Positions 26,389 through 36,437 of a DNA stretch of 38,502 bases are shown in pieces. Below the pieces are notes generated by a model that saw only the letters and a program-made list of their open reading frames with translations, ran no database searches and was not told where the DNA came from. The position numbers and the translations under genes were made by a program. The stretch lies in assembly GCA_964644395.1 (NCBI GenBank), contig CAZXWB010000001.1, positions 1 to 38,502 on the forward strand, written 5' to 3'. The stretch is from an uncultured Hyphomonadaceae bacterium (GTDB lineage: Bacteria > Pseudomonadota > Alphaproteobacteria > Caulobacterales > Hyphomonadaceae). Position 1 is the stretch's first letter. The number at the start of each line of letters is the position of its first letter.

Positions 26389-27022
26389 CCCGGTTTCTCC
26401 CGAGGCGCCGCTGGACTGCGAATGGTGCCCGCGGCTTGTGGCCTATCGCAGGGACAATGCCGAAGCTCATCCGGACTGGTTCAACGCGCCGGTGCCGAGC
26501 TTCGGTGACGAGGAGGCCTGGCTGCTCATTGTGGGCCTCGCCCCGGGTGTCACGGGCGCCAACCGGACCGGACGGCCGTTCACAGGCGACCATGCCGGCG
26601 ACCTGCTCTATGCGACGCTCGCCAGGTTCGGATTCTGCAAGGGCTGCTATGACCGACGCGCCGATGATGGGCTGGAACTGAAAGGCGCCATGATCACGAA
26701 TGCGGTGCGCTGCGTACCACCAAAGAACAAGCCCGTCGGCGCGGAGATCAATGCCTGCCGGTCCTTCCTGCGGGCGCGCATCGACGCCCTGCCCTGCCTG
26801 CGCGCCATCATCACGCTCGGCAAGATCGCCCACGATTCCACCGTGCGTGCCCTCGGCGGACGGCCGCGCGACCACATTTTCGGCCACGGCGCGCATTCGG
26901 TCATCGACGGCAGGAACATCATCGCCAGCTATCACTGCTCTCGCTACAACACGCAGACGCGGCGCCTGACCCCGGAGATGTTCGAAGCCGTGTTCCGGCA
27001 GGCAGCGGACCTCTCCGGCTAG
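26369..27022 (+). CDS. Uracil-DNA glycosylase superfamily protein (family 4/5-like)
   Basis: I take ATG 26369, which overlaps the NYN gene by 20 nt. The 217-aa protein has an N-terminal CEWCPRL Cys pair, motif A-like [19 protein letters not shown] and a motif B-like YHCSRYN. The ORF-track start at 26258 would overlap the NYN gene by 131 nt. Confidence 0.8.
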   Translation: MTTATTDPVSPEAPLDCEWCPRLVAYRRDNAEAHPDWFNAPVPSFGDEEAWLLIVGLAPGVTGANRTGRPFTGDHAGDLLYATLARFGFCKGCYDRRADDGLELKGAMITNAVRCVPPKNKPVGAEINACRSFLRARIDALPCLRAIITLGKIAHDSTVRALGGRPRDHIFGHGAHSVIDGRNIIASYHCSRYNTQTRRLTPEMFEAVFRQAADLSG

Positions 27023-27495
27023 CCTTTTTCCCGCATCAGGCGGGCCTTGTCGCGCTGCCAGTCGCGATCCTTTTTCACATCGCGCTTGTCGGGCGCCTTG
27101 CGGCCCTTGGCGAGGCCGATGAGCAGCTTCGCAATGCCGGCATCGTTGAAGTAGAGCTTGAGAGGAATGAGTGTGCGGCCCTCGCGCTCCACAGACTGGC
27201 TGAGCCTTGCAATCTCGCGGGCATGGGCCAGCAGTTTCCGGCGGCGCTTGGGCTCATGATTGAACCGGTTGGCGCCGGCATAGGTGGGGATATCGGCATT
27301 GACCAGGACAAGCTCGCCATTCTCCACCGCCACATAGGACTCAGCGATGTTCGCCTTGCCCTCGCGCAGGGACTTCACCTCCGATCCCACCAGCACCATG
27401 CCGGTTTCCAGCGTGTCCTCGACCTCATAGTCGAAACGCGCGCGCCGGTTCTCCGCGACCAGACCATCCTTGCGCCCCTTGACGTGGGCCATCAC
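27019..27495 (-). CDS. smpB: SsrA-binding protein
   Basis: 158 aa with ENRRARFDY...G.EVKSLR...KL.F. There is a 4-nt overlap with dapA. Confidence 0.95.
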   Translation of the reverse strand: MMAHVKGRKDGLVAENRRARFDYEVEDTLETGMVLVGSEVKSLREGKANIAESYVAVENGELVLVNADIPTYAGANRFNHEPKRRRKLLAHAREIARLSQSVEREGRTLIPLKLYFNDAGIAKLLIGLAKGRKAPDKRDVKKDRDWQRDKARLMREKG

Positions 27496-28367
27496 ACGGC
27501 CTCCCTGGCGCGCTTCAGCGCCGCATCGATTTTCTCCCGAACCGCCGCGTTCGGTCCGACCAGCGGCAGGCGCAGGTCGGGCTGGCAGAGGCCAAGCGTC
27601 GACAGGGCATACTTTGTCGGGCCGGGGCTCGGACTCATGAACAACGCCTTGTGCAGGTCGATAAGTTCAGACTCGATCCGGCGCGCCTCATTGAGGTCTC
27701 CCGACGCGACCGCGTTGTGCATCGCTGCAGTGGCCTTGGGCACGACATTGGCCGTGACGCTGATCGCCCCGACACCACCGGCGGCGAGGAAGGCGAGCGT
27801 CGTCGGGTCGTCGCCCGAAAGCTGACAGAATTCCGCGCCACAGAGATTGCGATGAAACGTGACACGCGACATGTCCCCGGTGGCGTCCTTTATGCCGACA
27901 ATATTGGGATGCTCGGCCAGCCGCGCCACCGTGGCTGGCAGGATGTCGGAACTCGTGCGCGCGGGAACATTGTAGATCATGATCGGCAGCGCCACAGCCT
28001 CGGCAATGGCAAGGAAGTGCTGGTAGAGCCCTTCCTGATCCGGACGGTTGTAGTAGGGGCAGACCACCAGCGCCGCGTCGGCGCCTTCGGCCTTGGCAAA
28101 CTCGACAAGCCCGATGGCCTCATGGGTGGCGTTGGATCCACATCCGGCGATGACCGGCACGCGTCCCCGGACCGTTTCGAGGCAGAGCGAAACCGCCCGC
28201 CGGTGCTCGGCATGGCTGAGCGTGGCCGATTCGCCGGTCGTTCCCACGGGCACCACGGCGGCCGAACCCCCGGCGACCTGTCGTTCGATGAGATCGCGAT
28301 AGGCAGCTTCGTCAATGCTGTTGTCACGAAAGGGTGTTATGAGGGCCGGAATGGAGCCGTGAAACAT
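27492..28367 (-). CDS. dapA: 4-hydroxy-tetrahydrodipicolinate synthase
   Basis: Starts [13 protein letters not shown], with GTTGES and the Schiff-base Lys region [11 protein letters not shown] 28367 matches the usual DapA N-terminus; the ORF track begins 4 codons earlier at GTG 28379. Confidence 0.93.
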   Translation of the reverse strand: MFHGSIPALITPFRDNSIDEAAYRDLIERQVAGGSAAVVPVGTTGESATLSHAEHRRAVSLCLETVRGRVPVIAGCGSNATHEAIGLVEFAKAEGADAALVVCPYYNRPDQEGLYQHFLAIAEAVALPIMIYNVPARTSSDILPATVARLAEHPNIVGIKDATGDMSRVTFHRNLCGAEFCQLSGDDPTTLAFLAAGGVGAISVTANVVPKATAAMHNAVASGDLNEARRIESELIDLHKALFMSPSPGPTKYALSTLGLCQPDLRLPLVGPNAAVREKIDAALKRAREAV

Positions 28368-28504
28368 GGAATCACACACGAGTCAGTGTAGTAGGACACA
28401 ACCAGACGACACCTATGCACACTAGCTGGCCGTGACGTCCAGACTTGGACAGGAATTGCGTTGCGTATAAGCTTTCAGGCACGATCGGGCCGCAGGACGC
28501 AGAC

Positions 28505-30526
28505 ATGTTGAAAAATCTTTTCCTGAGCAGCGTCGCGGGCGCACTGCTGTGCGCTTCGGCCGGGGCGGCACTTCCCCCGGCGCCGAGCCAGAAGCCACCG
28601 GTGAACTACACCTCCAGGGTGGTCTCCACCCAGGATGCGGCGGTATTCCGCCTCGCCCTGCGCGCCGCCGAGGACAGCGACTGGCGCGAATTGCGCGCGC
28701 TGCAGGCACGGGCGCGCGACAGGTCGGTCGCCGATCTCATTCTCTGGCTGCGCGCGACCGCCGAACCCGATCCGAGTTTCGACACACTCGATCAGGCCCT
28801 GCAACAACTCTCCGACTGGCCACGCCGCAGCCGGATCATCGTTCGTGCCGAGGACGCCATCGGGGGCTCAACCCTGACGGCCGCCCAGCGCATCACCTGG
28901 CTTGAACGCCATGGGCCCATTACCGGTGACGGACAGGTGGCCCTCGGCCTGGCCTATCTGCGCACGGGCAACCGGGAAAAAGGCACGGGGCTGATCCGCG
29001 ACGCTTGGCGCGGCGCGAGCCTCACACCCGCCCGGCGAAGGCTGATCCTGCGCGACCACCGCGACCTGCTCAGCCAGGATGACTTCCGGGCCCGCGCCGA
29101 CTTCCTCGTCTGGATCGGATATTATTCCGAGGCACGCAGCCTGAAGCCCTACCTCACCAATGACTGGGACAGGCTGATCGATGCCCGCGTCGCCCTGGCG
29201 CGCCGCGAAGGCGGCGTGGATAACCGCGTGCGCGCCGTGCCGGACAGCCTGCAGGACCATCCCGGACTGATGTTCGAACGTGCGCGCTGGCGCCGCCGCG
29301 CCGGGCTCACCGACAGCGTCAATGAACTCCTCATACCCATTGACGGTGCTGACATACCCCTCGCCGGACGTGGCAGGCTTTGGGATGAGCGCCACCTCGC
29401 GCTGCGCCGGGCCCTGAAGGATGGTGATTTCATCACCGCCTATGCCCTGTCCACCACCCACGGCCTGGACAGGGGAATCGACTTCGCCAACGCGGAGTGG
29501 ACTGCAGGCTGGCTGGCGCTGAGGCGTACCAACGAGGCTGGGCGCGCGCTGGAGCACTTCCTCACGCTCGAACAGGGCGTGTCCACCCCGATCAGCCTGT
29601 CGCGGGCCCGTTACTGGGCCGGGCGCGCCCTCGAGGCCACGGGCGACGATGAGACCGCGTTGTCCAGCTTCGGCGCGGCGGCGGAGTTTCCCTTCACCTA
29701 TTATGGTCAGCTCGGCGCGGAAAAGACCGGAGAGGTCGAACTCGTTTTCCCGACCGTTTCCGAGATCGACGAGGAAACCCGGGAAGCTTTCGAGCGCAAC
29801 CACCTTGTGCGCGTGGCACGCCTCCTCGGCGAGGCCGGCGAGGACCGGCTTTTCCGCACCTTCGTCCTTTTCATGGATGAGCAGCTGGAAACCGAGGCCG
29901 AGCACCAGCTCCTGTTTTCCATGGCGGACGAATACCAGATGCCCCATGTGGGCCTGCGCGGTGCAAAGGCGGGCCTGTCCAAGGGGATCGTGGCACCCGA
30001 CGCCGCCTATCCCATTCTCGGTGTCCAGCCCATCAAGCCGTCCAATGTCGAGCAGGCCCTCGTCATGGCGCTGTCACGCCAGGAAAGCGAACTGAACCCG
30101 AAGGCCGTGTCTCGGGCGAATGCCCGCGGGCTCATGCAGCTCCTGCCGTCAACCGCCCGCCAGCAGGCGAGGCTGGAGGGCCTGCCCTACCGGACCTCCT
30201 GGCTCACCGATGATCCGGCCTACAACATCACCCTTGGCGCGGCACACCTTGATGACCTCCTGGAGCGTTTCAACGGGTCCTATATCCTGACCATCGCGGC
30301 CTATAATGCCGGGGCCAGTCGGCCCGACCGCTGGATCCGGGAATATGGCGACCCGCGGGGCGGACGTGTCGATCCGATCGACTGGGTGGAAACCATCCCC
30401 TTCAGCGAGACCCGCAATTATGTCCAGCGCGTGCTGGAGAATTTGCAGGTCTACCGCCAGCGCCTCACCGGGGCGCCCGTGGACATCCGCCTGAGCGAGG
30501 ACCTGGAACGCGGTTATCCGGAATGA
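28505..30526 (+). CDS. slt: Soluble lytic murein transglycosylase (Slt70-like)
   Basis: I take ATG 28505 (AGGA upstream), giving the signal peptide MLKNLFLSSVAGALLCASAGA. It has a long superhelical repeat region and a C-terminal SLT domain with RQESELNP...RGLMQLLPSTA...AYNAG. Confidence 0.88.
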   Translation: MLKNLFLSSVAGALLCASAGAALPPAPSQKPPVNYTSRVVSTQDAAVFRLALRAAEDSDWRELRALQARARDRSVADLILWLRATAEPDPSFDTLDQALQQLSDWPRRSRIIVRAEDAIGGSTLTAAQRITWLERHGPITGDGQVALGLAYLRTGNREKGTGLIRDAWRGASLTPARRRLILRDHRDLLSQDDFRARADFLVWIGYYSEARSLKPYLTNDWDRLIDARVALARREGGVDNRVRAVPDSLQDHPGLMFERARWRRRAGLTDSVNELLIPIDGADIPLAGRGRLWDERHLALRRALKDGDFITAYALSTTHGLDRGIDFANAEWTAGWLALRRTNEAGRALEHFLTLEQGVSTPISLSRARYWAGRALEATGDDETALSSFGAAAEFPFTYYGQLGAEKTGEVELVFPTVSEIDEETREAFERNHLVRVARLLGEAGEDRLFRTFVLFMDEQLETEAEHQLLFSMADEYQMPHVGLRGAKAGLSKGIVAPDAAYPILGVQPIKPSNVEQALVMALSRQESELNPKAVSRANARGLMQLLPSTARQQARLEGLPYRTSWLTDDPAYNITLGAAHLDDLLERFNGSYILTIAAYNAGASRPDRWIREYGDPRGGRVDPIDWVETIPFSETRNYVQRVLENLQVYRQRLTGAPVDIRLSEDLERGYPE

Positions 30527-31503
30527 CCGGAAAGGATCCGGGCGAACATGTCCGGATCCACATTGCCGCCGGTCAGGACAACCCCGACGCGCCTGCCCTG
30601 CCATTCCGCCTGCTTGCGGGCAAGCAGCGCGGCCAGCGCCGCCGCGCCGCCGGGCTCGACGACAAGCTTGAGTTCACGGAAAGCCGCGCGCATGGCTTCG
30701 CAGACTTCGAGGTCGCTCACCGTCGCCACATCAGCCAGCCGCTGGCGGTTGATCGCGAAGGTCAGCGCCCCGGGTGACGGGCTGAGCAGCGCGTCGCAGA
30801 TCGACTTTGCCCCGGCCCGATTGCCTTCGCGCACGCCGGACCGGAGCGAGCGGCGGTGATCGTCGAATTCAGCGGGTTCAGCCCCCCAGATCCGTGTGGC
30901 CGGCGACAGCGCACCGAAGGCCAGCGCGATCCCGGCGATCAGCCCGCCGCCACCCACACAGCAGACGAGGTGATCGAGCCCGGCGCCCGCGGCGTCCAGA
31001 TCGGCGGCGAATTCCAGCCCTACAGTGCCCTGTCCGGCGATGATGAAGGGATCATCGAAGGAGGGCACGAGCGTGCGCCCCTCCTGCGCGGCGATCTCTC
31101 CGGCAATCTCCTCGCGGCTCTCGCTCCAGCGGTCATAGGCGACAATTTCGGCACCGTCGGCGAGAACCCGGTCCCGCTTCACCGCCGGGGCGTCGGACGG
31201 CATGACGATCTTCGCCGATGTTCCGAGCACGCGCGCAGCGCGTGCCACGCCCTGGGCATGGTTGCCGGAGGAAAAGGCAACGACGCCGCGTGCGCGCGCG
31301 TCCGTTGAGAGCGCCAGGAGCCGGTTTGCCGCGCCCCTGATCTTGAAGGAACCGGTCACCTGCAGGTTTTCGGGCTTGAAGAAAAGCTCAGCGCCTGCCC
31401 ATTCGTCGAGCGCAGCCGATCTCAGAACAGGCGTCTCCCCAGCAAGCCCAGCTATCCGCCGGGCGGCCGCTTCGACATCGCCATGATCCGGCAGACGCTC
31501 CAA
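30514..31503 (-). CDS. PLP-dependent threonine/serine dehydratase-like enzyme (fold type II)
   Basis: 329 aa with the PLP-lysine motif TGSFKIRGA, plus SSGNHAQG and GGGGL. The only in-frame start upstream of the homology region is TTG 31503, 6 nt after the preceding stop. The 3' end overlaps convergent slt by 13 nt. Confidence 0.85.
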   Translation of the reverse strand: MERLPDHGDVEAAARRIAGLAGETPVLRSAALDEWAGAELFFKPENLQVTGSFKIRGAANRLLALSTDARARGVVAFSSGNHAQGVARAARVLGTSAKIVMPSDAPAVKRDRVLADGAEIVAYDRWSESREEIAGEIAAQEGRTLVPSFDDPFIIAGQGTVGLEFAADLDAAGAGLDHLVCCVGGGGLIAGIALAFGALSPATRIWGAEPAEFDDHRRSLRSGVREGNRAGAKSICDALLSPSPGALTFAINRQRLADVATVSDLEVCEAMRAAFRELKLVVEPGGAAALAALLARKQAEWQGRRVGVVLTGGNVDPDMFARILSGHSG

Positions 31504-31509
31504 GACCCG

Positions 31510-32022
31510 TCAGCCTTCAGCGCAGGTCGTCGCTCCGGCCACGGGCAAGACCATGCTCCAACCATCCTCGCGGGTGAGGCGCAGGGAGCCGCCTTCGACG
31601 CGTGTGCCGGCCAGCGCCGTGCTCGCCAGGTCGATGCTCACGGCAAGCTCAAGCCCATAGGCCGGTGCGCTGTAGGTCTGCTCGGTGAAATGCTGGTCGA
31701 TGACCGTTCCTTCGCCATCGGTGCGCACCAGTGTCACCGGCTCGCCATTCAGCTTCATCAGCCCGGTTCCGCCCGACGCCGTGGCGAAGAACACGAAGCG
31801 CTTGGTCGGCTTCGCCGCAAACAGGAAAAGTCCGCATTCGCCCGGGGCCAGTTCCTGGGCCGGCAAGGCGCCGATGTCGATCATGTCGCCTTCGGCGATC
31901 TCCACCGCATTGGCACGCTCCATGGCACGGGCCTCCGCCGCAGCCGAGCGGCTTCCGTCGGACGGGAACATGGCGCAGGCCCCGAGCAGGATTGGCAGAG
32001 CCGCAATCGCGAAGCGTTTCAT
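31510..32022 (-). CDS. Unknown lipoprotein coupled to the end of the gsp operon
   Basis: MKRFAIAALPILLGAC carries a lipobox. AAGGGGA lies 9 nt upstream of ATG 32022. An alternative ATG at 32031 overlaps the gspN stop as ATGA. The mature protein is about 150 aa, looks beta-rich and has two further Cys. I recognise no family. Confidence 0.6.
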   Translation of the reverse strand: MKRFAIAALPILLGACAMFPSDGSRSAAAEARAMERANAVEIAEGDMIDIGALPAQELAPGECGLFLFAAKPTKRFVFFATASGGTGLMKLNGEPVTLVRTDGEGTVIDQHFTEQTYSAPAYGLELAVSIDLASTALAGTRVEGGSLRLTREDGWSMVLPVAGATTCAEG

Positions 32023-32027
32023 ATCGG

Positions 32028-32813
32028 TCATTCCCCTTGCTGGCCCTGCACATCGCCAGGACGGTCTTGCGGGCGGTTTCCATAACGATAGACAAAGGCC
32101 TCGCCATCGGGCTGGAAGCCAAGCTGCTGAACCGCCTGCCGGACCTTGGCATTCGGCGTTTGCACCCGAGCGTTCAGGTCAAAAATGCCGGTTTTGCCGT
32201 CAAAGACCAGGCGCGCGGATATCGTGTCCTCACTCGTCTGGGAGTCGATGACGACCACGATATCACCGCCCAGACATTCCACCGTCCCCACCATTTCCGG
32301 CCCGTTCCAGGCAAATCGCCCGCCAAGGGCCTCCAGCACATCGGTACGGATACGGCCCCGTCCCTGCCTGCAGGCGCGATTGCTGTCGATCTTGAGCAAC
32401 AGGTTCTGGATCACGAGTTCCGATGGCACCTGCCTCAGGCGCGGCTCCAGGCGGCGCAGCTCCTGGACATTGATGCGCGCCCTCGGCAATTCGACCCCGA
32501 CGCTGCGGTCTCCGGTCACCCTAAGTGTTCCGGTAGCCGTGCCCGTGGGCCCGCGCAAGCTCACATCATAGGTGAGGCTCATGCTGAAGAGGTCGCCGGG
32601 GCGCAGCCTGAAATCCACCGTGCCAATCGGCTGGCCCGCCACGACGCTGCCCGTCATCCGGCCCGACCAGACGCTGCCTGAAACCCTTTCATAGTAAAGG
32701 CCCTGGGCGGCGGGATTGACCCGATCAAGCACGAAGCGCGCCGGCACGTTGACGACAAGCGTGATGAGGAATGCCAGGAGGAAGGCGAGAATGAGGACTA
32801 TCCGGCCCATCAC
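32028..32813 (-). CDS. gspN: Type II secretion system protein N
   Basis: 261 aa with one N-terminal TM helix (IVLILAFLLAFLITLVV) and a GspN-like SGSVWSG motif. It sits after gspM and has a 4-nt overlap with it. Confidence 0.75.
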   Translation of the reverse strand: MMGRIVLILAFLLAFLITLVVNVPARFVLDRVNPAAQGLYYERVSGSVWSGRMTGSVVAGQPIGTVDFRLRPGDLFSMSLTYDVSLRGPTGTATGTLRVTGDRSVGVELPRARINVQELRRLEPRLRQVPSELVIQNLLLKIDSNRACRQGRGRIRTDVLEALGGRFAWNGPEMVGTVECLGGDIVVVIDSQTSEDTISARLVFDGKTGIFDLNARVQTPNAKVRQAVQQLGFQPDGEAFVYRYGNRPQDRPGDVQGQQGE

Positions 32814-33277
32814 GGCAGCCTAACAAGGTAGATATTGGCACTGACGGTCTGGTTGTCGGAGTTCTTTCGCAGGGTCGAATTGCCCCCGACCCTGACCCCG
32901 TAATTGCGTTCCAGTTCGCCAAGCCAGGCGTAGACCAATAGCGGCGGCGCGGCATCGAGAAACACATTCATGCCCTCATCGCCCGCCGGGACAAGCCGGG
33001 AAATCGTGAGACCGAAGCCTTCGGCCGTCCGCGTGATCACCGATTGCAGGGGCTGGCTCGCCGTCGGCGTCGCGCGCTCGACGACTGTATTTGCCTCGGC
33101 GCGCTGCACGGCTGCCAGATTGGCCAGGGCCGCGGCATGATCACGCTCCGCCCGCGCGCGGAAGCTTTCCGCCGGCAGCCAGGCGAACTGGTAGACAAGG
33201 ACAAGCAGCGCAATGGCGCCGCCCACCATGAGGATCAGCTGCTCACGCGCGTCGCGGGCATTCCACCAGGCCTTCAT
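32810..33277 (-). CDS. gspM: Type II secretion system protein M
   Basis: 155 aa starting MKAWWNARDAREQ, followed by a TM helix and then a periplasmic domain. Position and size fit GspM. Confidence 0.8.
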   Translation of the reverse strand: MKAWWNARDAREQLILMVGGAIALLVLVYQFAWLPAESFRARAERDHAAALANLAAVQRAEANTVVERATPTASQPLQSVITRTAEGFGLTISRLVPAGDEGMNVFLDAAPPLLVYAWLGELERNYGVRVGGNSTLRKNSDNQTVSANIYLVRLP

Positions 33278-34422
33278 GGCGCAAGCCTCATGGTGAAATT
33301 GCCCGCCCGGCGGCGACCGGCCTGTTGCGAACCGCCTTCCTCGAACACAACGCCGAGCGCCTCGACACGCTCCCGGAAGCCGGCGAAATCGTCATAGTCC
33401 GAGAAGAAGACACTCGATGTCATCTCGCCGCTGTCGGCATTGTAGCGGACAAAGTCGATCTCGAGTTCGGGATGGTCTTCCATGGCCGCCGCCAGCGCCG
33501 ATGAAAGGACAAGAAAGGCCGGCTGGCCGCCACCGTCGGCCCCGGCCCGTTCCCGGATCTGGGCGCGCAGGTTTCGCACCTCGCCCACCTCGGGATAAAG
33601 CGCGCGGAACCGTCGCTCCGCTTCGGCCTCGATCTGTTCGGCCTGCTGCGACAAGCCGATTCCGGTGATGACATTCTGGCCGATCAGCAGCGCGACAAGC
33701 ACGCCGGCGGCCGCAGCAAGGCTCCGCCAGGGCAGTCCCGTGCCGGCGCCGCCTTCGTGCCGGGTGCCGTAGTCGCCGCTCAGCAGAATCGGGCCCCATG
33801 CCCGGGCATTGGCGGCCATGGCGGCGCGAAGCTCATCGGTGCCAAGCGCCAGCCTGTCAGGCTCGAGGTCACGCTGGGCGATCAGCGCCTCGGCGAACTC
33901 GCCCGGCATGCCGGCATCAATGGCAGCGCCCCACTGGCCATCCCGGAGCAGCAGACGGTCCTCGAAGCTGGCCAGGCTGGCCCGCCCCTCCTGCACCGGA
34001 AGCAGGAGGTAATCGGGCACGATGGCCGTCATCGACAGGCCGGCTTCCTGAACCGCCCGTGTCCACTGGTCCATCAGCGCACGGCTTGTCACGAGGACTG
34101 TGCGAACGGGGTCGGTATCTGCGCGACGTTCCTCAGGCAAGAGCGCGAGGTGCAGTTCGTCAAGATCGCTCGCAAGGCGGTCTTCCACGGCGAAGGGGGC
34201 GGCCTCCCGGGCCTGGCGCTCGCTGCGCGCGGCGATGGCGATCGCGTGGGCCGTCACCTCGGTGCCTGGAACGACGATTATCACCTCGCCATCCGCACTG
34301 GCGGCCAGATCGAACAGGTCGCCGGCACAGCTCTCGCGCACGCGACCGCCGTCCGAGACGAACAGCCAGGTCAGCGGCGCCTGCGGCCCCGATCCGGCGA
34401 ATGCAACGGTCACTCCACTCAT
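33274..34422 (-). CDS. gspL: Type II secretion system protein L
   Basis: 382 aa with a cytoplasmic actin-like N-domain, a single TM segment (WRSLAAAAGVLVALLIG) and a periplasmic C-domain. It lies between gspK and gspM with 4-nt overlaps. Confidence 0.8.
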   Translation of the reverse strand: MSGVTVAFAGSGPQAPLTWLFVSDGGRVRESCAGDLFDLAASADGEVIIVVPGTEVTAHAIAIAARSERQAREAAPFAVEDRLASDLDELHLALLPEERRADTDPVRTVLVTSRALMDQWTRAVQEAGLSMTAIVPDYLLLPVQEGRASLASFEDRLLLRDGQWGAAIDAGMPGEFAEALIAQRDLEPDRLALGTDELRAAMAANARAWGPILLSGDYGTRHEGGAGTGLPWRSLAAAAGVLVALLIGQNVITGIGLSQQAEQIEAEAERRFRALYPEVGEVRNLRAQIRERAGADGGGQPAFLVLSSALAAAMEDHPELEIDFVRYNADSGEMTSSVFFSDYDDFAGFRERVEALGVVFEEGGSQQAGRRRAGNFTMRLAP

Positions 34423-35447
34423 TCAAGCGTCCCATAATGGCGCGAGACTGTGGTGATGTTCCCTGACGCACCAATTTGCAAGGTCGCACTGAGGTGAATG
34501 ACAGCTTCGCGATACATCACCGTGACGTTCATGTCGTAATAATCCGAAACCAGCGCGATGCGGTTCTCGATACCGCTGTCCTCTCCAAGCCTGCCCTGGA
34601 TCGCGGAAACGGCGAGCGCTTCCTCGAGCGTGGAAAAGCCGATTTCGGGCCGCTCGGCCAGCATTCGCTGCGCGGTGTCGACACCGATGTTTTCGCCGAG
34701 ATAGGTCGCAAGCAGGGGCGCCTGCCACGGTCGCAGCGTGTTGATGTTGAGGATGCTGGCATCGACCGTGGGACGCGCGCAGACCAGCGGGCGCACAAGG
34801 TCATACATGTCGGCGTCGATGCCCTTCATAAGCTTCAGTTCGGAGACATCGGCCATGAGCTGGCCCGGCGTGCGGTATCCGGGACGCCGGGCGGTATAGA
34901 AGGGGTCCTCGGCTCCGCCGAAACCGGGCCGGGAATCGCTGTCGATCCAGTCGGTGATCACCACGGCCAGCTGCTCGGCCTCGTTGCGGGGCATTTCAGC
35001 AAGTTCCAGCATGCGGGAAAACTCGCGCTGCGCCTTGGCATTCGCGACGAAGCCGCCCTCCGCCTCGACGACGAGGCTGTTGAGATTGAAACAGTTCGCC
35101 CCGTCTCGCACGCGTCCCGCGATCGAGCCTTCGGGAATGGGATACTGCACCGGCGTACGCGTCCAGAGGTCGAGCGCCGGGAAGCGGTCGTCTAAGCCGT
35201 CCTCGCGCAGGTCACGGATCGTGCCGGCGGCCAGTTGCTCCGCACCGATGGCGTAGAGCCGCGCCTGGTCACGGGCGGCCACATTCATGGACAATCGCGT
35301 GGAAAAGCGCACGCTCTCCAGAAGCGCCATGGCCACCACCGACATGATCGCCACCATGACCAGCGCCGTGATCAGGGCGGTGCCGCGCTCGTGGCCGTCG
35401 GGCATGGGATGGTCTTTGCGTTGCGCCACGAAGTTACGGCCCCCCAT
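34419..35447 (-). CDS. gspK: Type II secretion minor pseudopilin K
   Basis: ERGTALITALVMVAIMSVV is the GspK-type N-terminus lacking Glu+5, followed by a large periplasmic domain. The alternative start ATG 35405 is equally plausible. Confidence 0.85.
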   Translation of the reverse strand: MGGRNFVAQRKDHPMPDGHERGTALITALVMVAIMSVVAMALLESVRFSTRLSMNVAARDQARLYAIGAEQLAAGTIRDLREDGLDDRFPALDLWTRTPVQYPIPEGSIAGRVRDGANCFNLNSLVVEAEGGFVANAKAQREFSRMLELAEMPRNEAEQLAVVITDWIDSDSRPGFGGAEDPFYTARRPGYRTPGQLMADVSELKLMKGIDADMYDLVRPLVCARPTVDASILNINTLRPWQAPLLATYLGENIGVDTAQRMLAERPEIGFSTLEEALAVSAIQGRLGEDSGIENRIALVSDYYDMNVTVMYREAVIHLSATLQIGASGNITTVSRHYGTLE

Positions 35448-36048
35448 TGACGAGGAACTTCATCTCCATGCGCCCGAGGCGGGGATGTTCGATCTCGATC
35501 GCCACGGCCAGCGGGATCTCATTGCCGCCCGAACGGCCCGAGGTCACCGCGTCCACCCATCCGCGCGCCACCAGGAACTCCACATCGAGCCGGGCAAGCT
35601 CATCGAGCAGGACCCGGTCGATGGGCGCGGTGTCGGGACCGCGGTCGGCATGGGTCCAGCCACGGCGGATCAGACGGTTCTCCTCGAAAACATATTCGAC
35701 ATATTCCAGCCGGCTCGCCGCGGCGCGGGGCCCGATCATCTCCCGTCCATTGGTGATGAAAGCCATGAGGCGGCCCTCATTGAAGCGCTCACCGGCCTCG
35801 AAGGCGGTCCGCGCAATCGTGCCGAAGGCATCGCGTGGCCGGCGGTCAACAAACTGGGACAGGTCGCGCTTGATCACCGCGCGCGCCAGTTCAAGCTCCC
35901 GGGTGTCCTCGCTCAGTCTCTCCACGCGGTCACGGGCGTTCGTCACGCTGGAGACGAGGCCCGTGCCCATGGCAGCGATGAGCGCCATGATGAAGGTCGC
36001 CACAAGCACCTCGACCAGGGTGAAGCCGTCTTCGTTCGCCGCGCTCAT
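35434..36048 (-). CDS. gspJ: Type II secretion minor pseudopilin J
   Basis: 204 aa with the prepilin-type N-terminus NEDG/FTLVEVLVA. Confidence 0.85.
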   Translation of the reverse strand: MSAANEDGFTLVEVLVATFIMALIAAMGTGLVSSVTNARDRVERLSEDTRELELARAVIKRDLSQFVDRRPRDAFGTIARTAFEAGERFNEGRLMAFITNGREMIGPRAAASRLEYVEYVFEENRLIRRGWTHADRGPDTAPIDRVLLDELARLDVEFLVARGWVDAVTSGRSGGNEIPLAVAIEIEHPRLGRMEMKFLVNGGP

Positions 36049-36437
36049 GGGGCCTCCCTGAAGGCCCGTCGCAACAAGCGGTTGCCGTTCGGCCGGTCAT
36101 CGGGACCGAGTTCCTCCACCGTGACGATGACCTCCAGCACGAGCGGGTTCGTCGTCTCGTTAACCTGCCGGGAGACCGAAAACCGGCGCCGGCCCACCTC
36201 CATCACCTCATTGCGCGGTTCCAGCACCCTGCGGTCGACATCGATCACCGCCTCCACCATGGCATTGTCGGCCGCGATGGCCGACAGGGCGCGCCCCTCA
36301 ATGGCCACCGCCGTGCGCGCCGTCTGGCCGGTGAGCTGCACGATGGCGATGGCGGCGATGGCGAAAATCGACAGCGCGACAAGCACTTCGATCAGGGTGA
36401 ATCCGGCCTCGCCATGGGGATCGGTCGATCGCATCAT
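36045..36437 (-). CDS. gspI: Type II secretion minor pseudopilin I
   Basis: 130 aa with GEAG/FTLIEVLVAL. Confidence 0.88.
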   Translation of the reverse strand: MMRSTDPHGEAGFTLIEVLVALSIFAIAAIAIVQLTGQTARTAVAIEGRALSAIAADNAMVEAVIDVDRRVLEPRNEVMEVGRRRFSVSRQVNETTNPLVLEVIVTVEELGPDDRPNGNRLLRRAFREAP

